The translations under genes and the position numbers were made by a program. A DNA stretch of 64,000 nt from Ostrea edulis (lineage: Eukaryota): NCBI RefSeq assembly GCF_947568905.1, contig NC_079172.1, positions 73,780,001 through 73,844,000 of the forward strand, written 5' to 3'. Under the pieces are notes generated by a model, which saw only the letters and a list, made by a program, of their open reading frames with translations, had not been told where the DNA came from and ran no database searches. Below, one piece after another: positions 54,401 through 64,000 of the stretch; position 1 is the stretch's first letter, and each line of letters starts with the position of its first letter.

Positions 54401-56275
54401 AAGGTGGATCAATCCTCATGTGACTTATCAATAATAATGGTCAAAAATGCAAAAACTGTATTAATTTCCATTCAATATAGTTAAATTTAAACAATAACCA
54501 AAGAAAATGTGTATGTTACCACATTTTTAAAGATGTCAGACATAAAAAACCGGAAGTATATATTAACATCAGAAAATCACACATTTTCGTTGTACAGAAT
54601 AATTAAAATAGATAAAAACTTGTTGAAATGACAAATTTTAAATGTCAACAGTTTAAAAAAAAACTTGTTAATTCATAAATATGTATAAATTAATTGTGGA
54701 TATTAGGGAAATCATGCATAATAGACATGCTGTAGAAGAAATACCAACATAGGAGTTATTGCCCTTGACATTTTTTTAATTATAAAGAATTGATTATCTA
54801 TAGAAAATATACACTTTTTCAATATCAATAGTTTACCAAATTTTTTATTTTATGCAGTGAATAAAATTCCTCTGAAGATATATTTCTATCATGCGCAAAG
54901 TTTAATTTGATAAAGATTTTTGCAAAACCTATGACATCACACAGGGATTGATTAACCTTAAACAGCACTGTCTTTGAACACAAAACGCATTTCAATATAT
55001 CATGAAAATTTTAAAATAAATTGGTAAATTCAACTATTTGGCATGTATATGCCCCCCCCCCCCCTCCCTGCGAACCTATCTAATTAGAAAAATGAAATTC
55101 ATATGATAATCCCCTTGTAGCAATGGTATGTTCCAAAAGAGAAAATTAGAACAAGAGTTTTATAATATTGTACATAATCCTAGTTGTAACACAATGAAGA
55201 AATATTTCAGCATTCACATATAGTCATTGAATAAAATTGCAACATCTTTGATTTCAGCCCCTCTCCTGGAATGCTGTTGTAGTGATGATACATTAATTAA
55301 GATCAATTTACAAAACTAGAATTAAGGATTTTTCAGTCATTAATTTATTTAGCAAGTGGCATGGGGTTGGTTATCATGAGGGAGGGGGGGTGGGGGGGGG
55401 GGGGGGTTTGTCATCGTGGTTTGCATTACCGGACATGTTAAAAGGAAATGGATTGAAGCACTTGTTATTTTTAGTCGCGGGGAAAAAACCAAAGATTTTA
55501 AAAAAAATGTCTTCAATCCGATCGATTTTTGGTAATTTTTTAAATAGCACTAATTCAGTACCTGTGATCCCTCACATATTCTAACAATTTTTAATAAGTT
55601 AGTCTCCCCCCCCCCCCCCCCCCCCCCCCCCCTTTTTTTTTTTGGTTAGAATAATAAATTCCTAGTATTGAGAATTTAGTATTTTAATCGATTACGTATG
55701 CCTAATGTTCACGTAATAATAATGTCCCGGTAGTATGACTTTTAACAACGCCACTGTCTGCCTTATTATGACGTACGTCAAAACGTAGACATAACATCAC
55801 ACATCATCTTAGCCTGCCTTTCATAAACATTGCACTCCGTTAAACATTTCGCCTAATGGTGCACTAAATTTTGGAGCTAGGAGGCCACAAGATTAGGATG
55901 ATATTCCGCTTAAGTTCACAATCATATTCCAAGGTGTGACTTGGCGAGATCTCAGCCATTTTTGACAAGGGACTTCTGGGATTGTCATCAAAAATTTTTC
56001 CTTTTTAGAGGTTGAGATTTAGATCGGATTATTTCCCGCGCTCTAGTCATTAGAGCTCACAGTACGAGCCAGCGCTCGCTACTAGAATGTTTGTCACGAA
56101 AACATCGCGAGATTTGTACTGTTTTCATTTTTTAAAATATTTTTGTGGTGGGTCTGGTTAGGTTTTTTTTTAATTAGATGGGTCATTGTAAAATGAGTTA
56201 TATTAATTTGATGGGTCATGGGGCAATTTTTTATTTATTTGATGGGTGCTTGGTATATACAAAAGGTGCCTCCCT

Positions 56276-56324
<49 letters not shown>

Positions 56325-59300
56325 ATGTATTTATTTCTGGAATAGCCCTTACAAATATTTCTTGTTTATGAAGTGATCTAGGTTTAATTTTGCTTGTTCT
56401 CAGCATTTAAAGTATTTGATGGCCTGCAAAGCAAAATTAATTGAAATATACATCTGCAGTCACTGGATGACCATGTCAATTTCATTGATTCCACAGTGGA
56501 CTCAGAAGAGATGGAAGGTCAAAAACATTAATGCTTTGTTCAAACAATTTAATTAACTCTAAATCAGGATAGGCATTATCAGAGTTCCACTGTAAAACAT
56601 GGATACTATAAACTCGCGTATAACAAAATACAGCATACAATGAGTTCCTTGGATTTCCCCAATAAAAATTAAAAAGCATTGGTAGAATGGATTAGAAATC
56701 AGCATTTTGGTGCAACATCTTTACTGTATACTTCTAAGATGATCGGGTTCACAAATGGCTTAGATTTGTGAATGATTATTGCTGTGCGATATTACTGGTT
56801 AACCGGTGAATCCCGATTCCGTTGTTGGCAATACATATCGCGATATAATTTTGTAAATACCAGTTCGGGTGCAATATTCTATAGATTCCTTAAATAAGTT
56901 ACCTGCCCCTGATTTAAAGTTTAAAAATGGCAGCGAATTAAACTGATCGTGAATGCCTGAATGAAAGAGCAAAGGCTCCAATAGCATGTATCACTTCAAA
57001 CTAAAGAAAGAAAACGAAATAGTTGTAACAGATATAGCTGTATAAAAAGGTGAAGATAAAGAACAGTGATCAATCTCAGAACTCCTATAAGGAATGTACA
57101 GAATAAAGAGTTGGGCAAACACGGACTTGTATGTGATTATTGTAACAAAATCGGTGGCACTCAAGCCAGTCACATGCGGAGGCACCACTGCAATGTTATC
57201 ATCAATTCGAGCCAAAATATTATTTTGAAAATAAACTGGATCGTGTAAGGTTGTATCGACTTCTCCCCCTCCCCCGGATCATGTTTTACTTTGTAAATGA
57301 TTAGTGGTGGATTTGAATTGAAATATCCTAGCAAGGGCCCAAGAGCTTCAGCATTAACTGAACAGATAGTCTAAAAATCTATTAACTTGAACCATTTTTT
57401 GATTCACCTATTCATTTGTCAATGTTTAGTTATATTATTTCAAGTAGAATGAAAGAAATATCAGAAGATAACTTTTTTTCTTTTATTTCATAAAGATTGT
57501 TATAATATTGTGATATAATTGCAATTCAAAATTTAATATTGCAATATATCGCAATACGATTTTTGGGTCGCAATACCCAGCACTATGAATAATCATCATG
57601 TTATTAACTATTGTAATTGTTGTCTATTATAGATTTAACATTGTCTGTTGGGGGGCCTCCGTGGCCGAGTGGTGAGAGCATCACGCTCAAAATCACACGG
57701 CCTCTCACCTCTGTCAGCGCGGGTTCGAATCCCGCTCGCGCTGGTAAGTGAGAAAGTTTCCCTGTTTACTTTCGGAAGGTCAGTGGTCTCTTCCCAGGTA
57801 CATTGGGTTCTCTCTTCCACCAATAAAAACTGGGCGCCGCCATATAACTGAAAAATTGTTGAGTGTGGCGGAAAACATCAATCGGTCAATGAATTCCACC
57901 ATTGTTTGTTGTAGATTTAGGATTTATACTCGGGATCCCAATAAGGACAGCTCTGAAGACTCAGGGCAAACTTGACCAAGCCATATCCTCTGCCAACAGT
58001 CTAGCCTCAAGTGAGTATGAGTGTTGTAGATATTGTAAATCAGCTACAGTGTTTTCTTCCTACCCATTGGTACCCATTCAATTGGCAAAAATATCGTCAA
58101 AATCGAACAAATTGAGAATTTTCTACCAATGTTTCGGTAAATGATTCCAACTAAAAGAAAAGGAAAATAAAGAACAAAACAAGAAGTTTTCATCTCTTTA
58201 CAAACTTTTTTTACAGTAATATTTGCTGTTGTGAGACATGAGGAAACGTTGTAGGCTCGTTGTAGAATTGTTGTAGCTCTACAACACGTGCTATGATCTG
58301 TACTTTTGATTTAATACCAGAAGTGAACATTTTAGTTAACTTGTACAATGTTTCAGACTAAGTCAATTACGATATCAGTGGTCTATTTTTCGGCAAGTGA
58401 ATTGGGAATTTTTAGTCTCAAAATTGGGAAAAATCTACGGTCTTTAGCATTTGGAATGGTACTGTTTATTGGTACCAGTTATATAAGAAGAAAAAAACTG
58501 CTGAGCTACATTGATGGTGCCCAGTTATGGAGATATTGTAAATGACAGCTGATGACAATGTCCAGTTTGTTATGGAGATATTGTAATTCAGATAATGTAA
58601 TTGACAGCTGATGACAATGTCCAGTTATAGATATTGTAATTGACCGCTGATGATAATGTCCAGTTATAGATATTGTAATTGACAGCTGATGACAATGTCC
58701 AGTTTGTTATAGATATTGTAAATGACCGCTGATGACAATGTCCAGTTTGTTATAGATAGTATAATTCAGCTGATGACAATGTCCAGTTTGTTATAGATAG
58801 TATAATTCAGCTGATGAATATCAGATGTGTAACTAACATGATACTACATTGTGGTGATACATTAGTATGAAATCACAGAATACAATCACTGAAATTCCAG
58901 TAGTAGCTTGTATAATAGGATACCTACCATTCAATCATGTCTGAAACAAAGTCTGTAATGAATTTACGACATAAGGTCAGTCCATTCTGAGACCAAAATA
59001 ATCATTAAAGTATTGGCAATTTTTCTGTACAGGAACAAACCAGATAGCATCTGCATTGACAACATTAAACACAACATTGGAAGATGTGAAGGTCAAGGCC
59101 AATATCCTGAGCTCTAACCTTACTACCCTGAAGTCAGACATAGACACGGCTCTGACTGCTGCAGGATGTCCTGGTACGTCAGGGTGCCCGGATACGTCTA
59201 ATGTCGCCATAGGATTCAATACAAATGACGTGAGTGCATAGTCATTTAGCAGTCTTAACTTTTTTATTTCAATTTTTCTCTCAAAATATTTTTTTCTTTG

Positions 59301-62300
59301 TAAATAACAGATTGAAGTCCTGTTTATTTTTAAGATTTCTCTATTTTTTATGGGATTGTAAATCAAGATATACTTTACAGATTGAGATTGACCTTAAATG
59401 CTCTGTAACTGTCAATAAGGCCACTGTATACAATGCTAAAGTTAGCTCTAGTCTCTTTACATTGATTTCATCTGTTGTATTTCAGTCTGTATAGATTGAC
59501 TTCATCTGTTGTATTTCAGTCTGTATAGATTGATTTCATCTGTTGTATTTCAGTCTGTATAGACTGATTTCATCTGTTGTATTTCAGTCTGTATAGACTG
59601 ATTTCATCTGTTGTATTTCAGTCTCTGTAGACTGATTTCATCTGTTGTATTTCAGTCTGTATAGATTGACTTCATCTGTTGTGTTTCAGTGTCTGTAGAC
59701 TGATTTCATCTGTTGTATTTCAGTCTGTATAGACTGATTTCATCTGTTGTATTTCAGTCTGTATAGACTGATTTCATCTGTTGTATTTCAGTCTGTATAG
59801 ACTGATTTCATCTGTTGTATTTCAGTCTGTATAGATTGATTTCATCTGTTGTATTTCAGTCTGTATAGATTGACTTCATCTGTTGTATTTCAGTGTCTGT
59901 AGACTGATTTCATCTGTTGTATTTCAGTCTGTATAGACTGATTTCATCTGTTGTATTTCAATCTGTATAGACTGATTTCATCTGTTGTATTTCAGTCTGT
60001 ATAGATTGATTTCATCTGTTGTATTTCAGTCTGTATAGATTGACTTCATCTGTTGTATTTCAGTGTCTGTAGACTGATTTCATCTGTTGTATTTCAGTCT
60101 GTATAGACTGATTTCATCTGTTGTATTTCAGTCTGTATAGATTGATTTCATCTGTTGTATTTCAGTGTCTGTATAGACTGATTTCATCTGTTGTATTTCA
60201 GTCTGTATAGATTGATTTCATCTGTTGTATTTCAGTGTCTGTATAGACTGATTTCATCTGTTGTATTTCAGTCTGTATAGATTGATTTCATCTGTTGTAT
60301 TTCAGTGTCTGTATAGACTGATTTCATCTGTTGTATTTCAGTCTGTATAGATTGATTTCATCTGTTGTATTTCAGTCTCTGTAGACTGATTTCATCTGTT
60401 GTATTTCAGTCTGTATAGATTGATTTCATCTGTTGTATTTCAGTGTCTGTATAGACTGATTTCATCTGTTGTATTTCAGTCTGTATAGATTGATTTCATC
60501 AGTTGTATTTCAGTCTGTATATATTTATTTCATCTGTTGTATTTCAGTCTGTATAGACTGATTTCATCTGTTGTATTTCAGTGTCTGTATAGACTGATTT
60601 CATCTGTTGTATTTCAGTCTGTATAGATTGATTTCATCTGTTGTATTTCAGTCTGTATAGATTGATTTCATCTGTTGTATTTCAGTGTCTGTATAGATTG
60701 ATTTCATCTGTTGTATTTCAGTCTGTATAGATTGATTTCATCTGTTGTATTTCAGTCTGTATAGATTGATTTCATCTGTTGTATTTCAGTGTCTGTAGAC
60801 TGATTTCATCTGTTGTATTTCAGTCTGTATAGATTGATTTCATCTGTTGTATTTCAGTCTGTATAGACTGATTTCATCTGTTGTATTTCAGTGTCTGTAG
60901 ACTGATTTCATCTGTTGTATTTCAGTCTGTATAGATTGATTTCATCTGTTGTATTTCAGTCTGTATAGACTGATTTCATCTGTTGTATTTCAGTGTCTGT
61001 AGACTGATTTCATCTGTTGTATTTCAGTCTGTATAGATTGATTTCATCTGTTGTATTTCAGTCTGTATAGACTGATTTCATCTGTTGTATTTCAGTGTCT
61101 GTAGACTGATTTCATCTGTTATATTTCAGTCTGTATAGATTGATTTCATCTGTTATATTTCAGTCTGTATAGATTGATTTCATCTGTTGTATTTTAGTCT
61201 GTATAGATTGATTTCATCTGTTGTATTTCAGTCTGTATAGATTGATTTCATCTGTTGTATTTTAGTCTGTATAGATTGATTTCATCTGTTGTATTTCAGT
61301 CTGTAGATTGACTTCATCTGTTGTATTTCAGTCTGTATAGATTGATTTCATCTGTTGTATTTCAGTGTCTGTATAGATTGATTTCATCTGTTGTATTTCA
61401 GTCTGTATAGATTGATTTCATCTGTTGTATTTCAGTCTGTATAGATTGATTTCATTTGTTGTATTTCAGTCTGTATAGATTGACTTCATCTGTTGTATTT
61501 CAGTCTGTATAGATTGATTTCATCTGTTGTATTTTAGTCTGTATAGACTGATTTCATCTGTTGTATTTCAGTCTGTATAGATTGATTTCATCTGTTGTAT
61601 TTCAGTCTGTATAGATTGATTTCATCTGTTGTATTTCAGTCTGTATAGATTGATTTCATCTGTTGTATTTCAGTGTCTGTATAAATTGATTTCATCTGTT
61701 GTATTTCAGTCTGTAGACTGATTTCATCTGTTGTATTTCAGTCTGTATAGATTGATTTCATCTGTTATATTTCAGTCTGTATAGATTGATTTCATCTGTT
61801 GTATTTCAGTCTGTATATATTGATTTCATCTGTTGTATTTCAGTCTCTGTAGACTGATTTCATCTGTTGTATTTCAGTGTCTGTAGACTGATTTCATCTG
61901 TTGTATTTCAGTCTGTTGATTGATTTCATCTGTTGTATTTCAGTCTGTATAGACTGATTTCATCTGTTGTATTTCAGTCTGTATAGATTGATTTCATCTG
62001 TTGTATTTCAGTCTGTATAGATTGATTTCATCTGTTGTATTTCAGTCTGTATAGACTGATTTCATCTGTTGTATTTCAGTCTGTATAGATTGATTTCATC
62101 TGTTGTATTTCAGTCTGTATAGATTGATTTCAATTGTTGTATTTCAGTCTGTATAGACTGATTTCATCTGTTGTATTTCAGTCTGTATAGATTGATTTCA
62201 TCTGTTGTATTTCAGTGTCTGTAGACTGATTTCATCTGTTGTATTTCAGTCTGTATAGATTGATTTCATCTGTTGTATTTCAGTCTGTATAGATTGATTT

Positions 62301-63408
62301 CATCTGTTGTATTTCAGTCTGTATAGACTGATTTCATCTGTTGTATTTCAGTCTGTATAGATTGATTTCATCTGTTGTATTTCAGTCTGTATAGATTGAT
62401 TTCAATTGTTGTATTTCAGTCTGTATAGACTGATTTCATCTGTTGTATTTCAGTCTGTATAGATTGATTTCATCTGTTGTATTTCAGTCTGTATAGATTG
62501 ATTTCATCTGTTGTATTTCAGTGTCTGTAGACTGATTTCATCTGTTGTATTTCAGTCTGTATAGATTGATTTCATCTGTTGTATTTCAGTCTGTATAGAT
62601 TGATTTCATCTGTTGTATTTCAGTCTGTATAGATTGATTTCATCTGTTGTATTTCAGTCTGTATAGATTGATTTCATCTGTTGTATTTCAGTCTGTATAG
62701 ATTGATTTCAATTGTTGTATTTCAGTCTGTATAGACTGATTTCATCTGTTGTATTTCAGTCTGTATAGATTGATTTCATCTGTTGTATTTCAGTGTCTGT
62801 AGACTGATTTCATCTGTTGTATTTCAGTCTGTATAGATTGATTTCATCTGTTGTATTTCAGTCTGTATAGATTGATTTCATCTGTTGTATTTCAGTCTGT
62901 ATAGACTGATTTCATCTGTTGTATTTCAGTCTGTATAGATTGATTTCATCTGTTGTATTTCAGTCTGTATAGATTGATTTCAATTGTTGTATTTCAGTCT
63001 GTATAGACTGATTTCATCTGTTGTATTTCAGTCTGTATAGATTGATTTCATCTGTTGTATTTCAGTGTCTGTAGACTGATTTCATCTGTTGTATTTCAGT
63101 CTGTATAGATTGATTTCATCTGTTGTATTTCAGTCTGTATAGATTGATTTCATCTGTTGTATTTCAGTCTGTATAGATTGATTTCATCTGTTGTATTTCA
63201 GTCTGTATAGATTGATTTCATCTGTTGTATTTCAGTCTTTGTAGACTGATTTCATCTGTTGTAATCCAGTCTGTATGGAATTGTTTAATTTTTGTATTCC
63301 AGACTAGGATTGATTTAATCTTTTATATTCCAGTTTCCGGATATCAGTGGTCCATTATCTTCTATATCGTCAGTGGAAAGCCAGAACCTGACTGCCATTA
63401 TTATACAG
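36591..63408 (+). CDS. PROM1: Prominin (CD133 family) pentaspan membrane glycoprotein, 3'-partial, 8 coding exons: join(36591-36867,41376-41437,41552-41763,47081-47201,47944-48010,57915-58010,59033-59229,63334-63408)
   Basis: Manual splicing gives 1107 nt (369 codons) in frame with GT-AG introns. It has a signal-peptide-like N-terminus and the GLxPLYNFAKSFI...P block. TM1 is followed by the prominin hallmark CFCCCRCCCKNCGG, then TM2 and a large extracellular loop with several N-x-S/T sequons and a Cys pair. The symbol denotes the family; the invertebrate paralogue is not resolved. Confidence 0.88.
37014..37683. mobile_element. 670-bp MITE, CAG termini, 6-bp TSD
   Basis: CAGTGTGCGAAACTAAC ... 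GTTAAATTCGCACACTG flanked by GTATTG on both sides; subterminal CTATAGAC repeats at both ends. Confidence 0.82.
39269..40648 (-). mobile_element. Full-length Tc1/mariner-superfamily transposon (DD37E), 1380 bp
   Basis: 24-bp TIRs AAGGGTGTTAAGAAA(G/A)TTCGTTCC with one mismatch, TA duplication at 39267-39268 and 40649-40650, intact ORF. Confidence 0.95.
39352..40449 (-). CDS. DD37E Tc1-type transposase, 365 aa, uninterrupted
   Basis: N-terminal HTH, PRSGRP linker and catalytic FSDES / VQDGATPH / WPGNSPDLNCIE; 37 residues counted between the second D and the E. Confidence 0.95.
   Translation of the reverse strand: MPSSLKKQTSCTSVDTINERAQALALLDAGLSVKDVAKQLCKSERWVTKWRRRREQNKQLTDQPRSGRPSKIVGVVKKKVENIKYKRGKSTRKCSKELKNSGFNVSHVTVYNYLRKVKKWKAFKRSRNQLLTKKQRQKRLKFARDHKHLTAEDWENYIFSDESTKYLFHVPNRQDDVVWGSQSDEVPDVSCVKSSAKVMIWGAMGVQGLSKLHIVPVGKTINADYYVKKILQKELKPALNRQKNSGRIDERKLVQYPGHATFVQDGATPHTALLTQNWCENNLPNFISKEEWPGNSPDLNCIENLWSILNSEAYKDPRPTTMNQLRRRLQRTWREIPQKHLISLIHSMPNRIKNVLKNKGGLSGY
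41376..41437 (+). CDS. Prominin exon (DLMEKAINGTLINDVTTNYMS)
   Basis: TTTTACAG acceptor and GTAAGA donor; phase 1 in and phase 0 out fit the neighbouring exons. Confidence 0.75.
41552..41763 (+). CDS. Prominin exon (TM1, CCRCC motif, start of TM2)
   Basis: TTGCAG acceptor, GTGAGG donor; YLRQFAGYGACVVIGFLFIFIFPLIGLCFCCCRCCCKNCGG. Confidence 0.93.
41894..42498 (+). mobile_element. HINE-type element with about 3 central 168-bp repeats
   Basis: T-tract start TTTTTTGTCCC, GTCC microsatellite, GATTTTGTTTAAA block at 42003, 42171 and 42339, GGGGGAC near the 3' end and CTCTTGTT terminus. Confidence 0.75.
45101..45247. mobile_element. Tc1/mariner-type MITE with TA TSD and an internal palindrome
   Basis: TA|CAGTAACTTGA ... 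TCAAGTTACTG|TA; internal GTTGACAGGCACGGATCAT / ATGATCCGAGCCTGTCAAC. Confidence 0.78.
45737..46700 (+). mobile_element. Complete non-autonomous Helentron (HINE) carrying about 4.5 units of a 166-bp HindIII (Cg170-like) satellite repeat
   Basis: 5' TTTTTAGCTCACCTGAG plus hairpin, GTCC microsatellite, AAGCTT at 46031, 46197, 46362 and 46528, 3' CTCAGGTGAG subterminal IR, hairpin GGCCCATGGGCC, CTCTTGTT end in a T-tract. This architecture is established for oyster HINEs; sequence identity to Cg170 was not computed. Confidence 0.88.
47081..47201 (+). CDS. Prominin exon (end of TM2, start of large extracellular loop)
   Basis: T-tract plus CCAG acceptor, GTAGGT donor at 47202 (three further identical donors follow); AGMICVYLSNDQMSDALNNF...ISNTVK. 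Confidence 0.87.
47154..47437 (+). repeat. 72-bp tandem repeat, 4 units, containing 48 nt of prominin exon plus donor
   Basis: GTCAAG|GTAGGT at 47202, 47274, 47346 and 47418; unit = NSNIDDLTTYISNTVK-VGRERWTQ. Confidence 0.96.
47944..48010 (+). CDS. Prominin exon (ETKYVVNNNFNFTISVISRDLD)
   Basis: TTTTTAG acceptor, GTAAGT donor; phase fits. Confidence 0.82.
48352..49010. mobile_element. Degraded HINE-type element with ~140-bp central repeats
   Basis: Recurring AATATCTTGAGAACC, TTGGTACACTGGT and GGTCAAGGGTCA blocks at roughly 110-150-bp spacing; termini unclear. Confidence 0.55.
49012..49666 (+). mobile_element. Complete HINE-type element of a second family
   Basis: TTTTTAGGTCACCTGAATTCATTCAGGTGACCT 5' hairpin, GTCGTC tract, 3' TCAGGTGACCT IR, hairpin AGGCCCCTTGGCCT, CTTGTT end. 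Confidence 0.83.
49701..52711. mobile_element. 3.0-kb non-autonomous PIF/Harbinger-type element
   Basis: TTA|GGGCTGTTCCAGAAAT ... ATTTCTGGAATAGCCC|TTA: 16-bp TIR with 1 mismatch and a TWA duplication. No recognisable ORF. Confidence 0.75.
50795..51343. mobile_element. Kolobok-type MITE nested in the Harbinger-type element (repeated at 54403-54957)
   Basis: TTAA|GGTGGATCAATCC ... GGATTGATTAACC|TTAA; GG termini with a TTAA target; internal GGAGTTATTGCCCTTG motif. Confidence 0.7.
53425..53624. other. Assembly gap (200 N)
   Basis: N run of round length. Confidence 1.
57650..57890 (+). mobile_element. tRNA-derived SINE (mollusc type)
   Basis: A box TGGCCGAGTGG (57662), B box GGTTCGAATCC (57722), non-tRNA body ...CCACCAATAAAAACTGGGCGCCGCCATATAACTGAAAAATTGTTGAGTGTGGCG... 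Family name not verified. Confidence 0.85.
57915..58010 (+). CDS. Prominin exon (LGFILGIPIRTALKTQGKLDQAISSANSLAS)
   Basis: TTGTAG acceptor at 57913-57914, GTGAGT donor at 58011; phase 1 in and out fits. Confidence 0.8.
58047..58503. mobile_element. 457-bp MITE with 5-bp TSD AGCTA; uninterrupted sibling of the 38928 element
   Basis: CAGTGTTTT ... AAAAAAACTGCTG flanked by AGCTA; colinear with 38928-39268 plus 40651-40766. Confidence 0.88.
58520..58820. repeat. ~40-bp degenerate minisatellite, about 7 units
   Basis: Unit like GATATTGTAATTGACAGCTGATGACAATGTCCAGTTTGTTATA. Confidence 0.85.
59033..59229 (+). CDS. Prominin exon (helical loop segment with Cys pair)
   Basis: TTTTCTGTACAG acceptor, GTGAGT donor at 59230; TNQIASALTTLNTTLEDVK...GCPGTSGCPD. 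Confidence 0.85.
59461..63333 (+). repeat. 34-bp satellite, about 110 units (estimated from length), each resembling the prominin 3' splice site
   Basis: Unit GATTGATTTCATCTGTTGTATTTCAG|TCTGTATA, degrading gradually into the real acceptor GATTGATTTAATCTTTTATATTCCAG|TTTCCG. Confidence 0.96.
63334..63408 (+). CDS. Prominin exon (FPDISGPLSSISSVESQNLTAIIIQ)
   Basis: TTCCAG acceptor at 63332-63333, CAG|GTGAGG donor; 75 nt, phase 0-0; resembles the xPxVD..L..V...DL..LV.QG segment of prominins. Confidence 0.78.
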
Positions 63409-63790
63409 GTGAGGGCAAGTCATGTAGAATGTCATTCTGTTGTAGAAAATCAGCATCAAACTTTGACAGGCAGTTCATATTGTGAATGTATTGACGACTG
63501 ATCTTTAGTCAGCAGCATAAATGCTGCATAGCATAAATAGCATTAGATTTAGAATCATCTCAGAATCACTTAGAGTTATTCAAAACGTGCATGCAGACGG
63601 GCTAGTATCTCTCACACTACGTAATTGACTGAATTAGATAATATGTCAGTTATTCTGAGGCGGGAAAACGAGGTTTAGAGCACTTTGGATTTATCAATAG
63701 TTAAAAAAACAGAAGCCTCAGCCTTGTACATGTAACAAAGAAATTCAAGAATCACACGGGGAAAGTTCTGCATCAAAAGATGGCGTAGCA

Positions 63791-64000
63791 ATGTCTAAAG
63801 AGAAATGCAAAAGTAAAGGAAGAACCCCAGTCCTGAAATGGCGGAGGAAATTTTCGTGATGGCAAAATGTTTTGCAGAATTTGTGAGGCCAATAAGCCAG
63901 CAACGTCCACAATTTCTAGACATCCATTGTCCTATTTCGCCACGACCGAGTGTACATCTTTCAAACGTGGAAATGTGACTATTCACGGTAACAGTAAGAG
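63791..64000 (+). pseudogene. Frameshifted TTF-type zinc finger typical of hAT/ZNF862-like transposase N-termini (3'-partial)
   Basis: MSKEKCKSKGRTPVLKWRRKF, then a +1 shift to DGKMFCRICEA...FATTECTSFKRGNVTIHGNSK. This matches W..F....G.MFC..C...F...C..FK....H..S..H; it runs off the window. Confidence 0.6.

Larger units (their letters stand above)
50022..57065. other. Apparent 3.4-kb tandem duplication (50022-53424 and 53625-57065), probably unmerged overlapping contig ends
   Basis: Both copies begin and end exactly at the gap edges and differ mainly by homopolymer-length indels. Confidence 0.85.

Noticed and set aside
50022-57065. 3.4-kb tandem segmental duplication inside a prominin intron
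   Set aside because: The copies start and stop exactly at the edges of a 200-N gap and differ mostly in homopolymer lengths, the signature of unmerged overlapping contigs or haplotypes. Half read depth or spanning long reads would settle it.
57040-57150. Fragment resembling an abundant oyster retroelement (Penelope-like) end
   Set aside because: Short, degenerate and recognised only from memory; needs a library search.
57650-57740. tRNA gene
   Set aside because: A and B boxes are present, but there is no complete cloverleaf and a SINE body follows.
59461-63333. CRISPR-like regular repeat
   Set aside because: Head-to-tail units with no unique spacers, no cas genes, and a eukaryotic intronic context. 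The same applies to all other arrays here.

Overview
AT-rich, intron-containing animal genomic DNA, most likely an oyster (Ostreidae). That assignment is an inference from the bivalve-type Helentron (HINE) elements carrying a 166-bp HindIII satellite-like repeat and from a mollusc-type tRNA-derived SINE. Two + strand genes can be rebuilt by hand with GT-AG introns and consistent phases. The first is the 3' part of DDX41/abstrakt (11 exons, 145-13619, ending at the stop codon). The second is the 5' part of a prominin (CD133-family) gene (8 coding exons, 36591-63408, continuing beyond the window). The rest is minisatellites, MITEs, HINEs, an intact DD37E Tc1-type transposon inside a three-level nest, a decayed pogo element, a SINE and a hAT-type zinc-finger relic. 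A 3.4-kb apparent duplication around a 200-N gap is probably an assembly artefact. The most striking pattern is that eight of the exon borders in the two genes are themselves the unit of a tandem duplication, giving ladders of decoy donors or acceptors. Most decoys lead straight to stop codons, one set has lost its GT, one set (prominin, 72 bp) is fully in frame, and one has grown to about 110 copies filling a 4-kb intron. No prokaryotic features (CRISPR, operons, rRNA, true tRNA) are supported.
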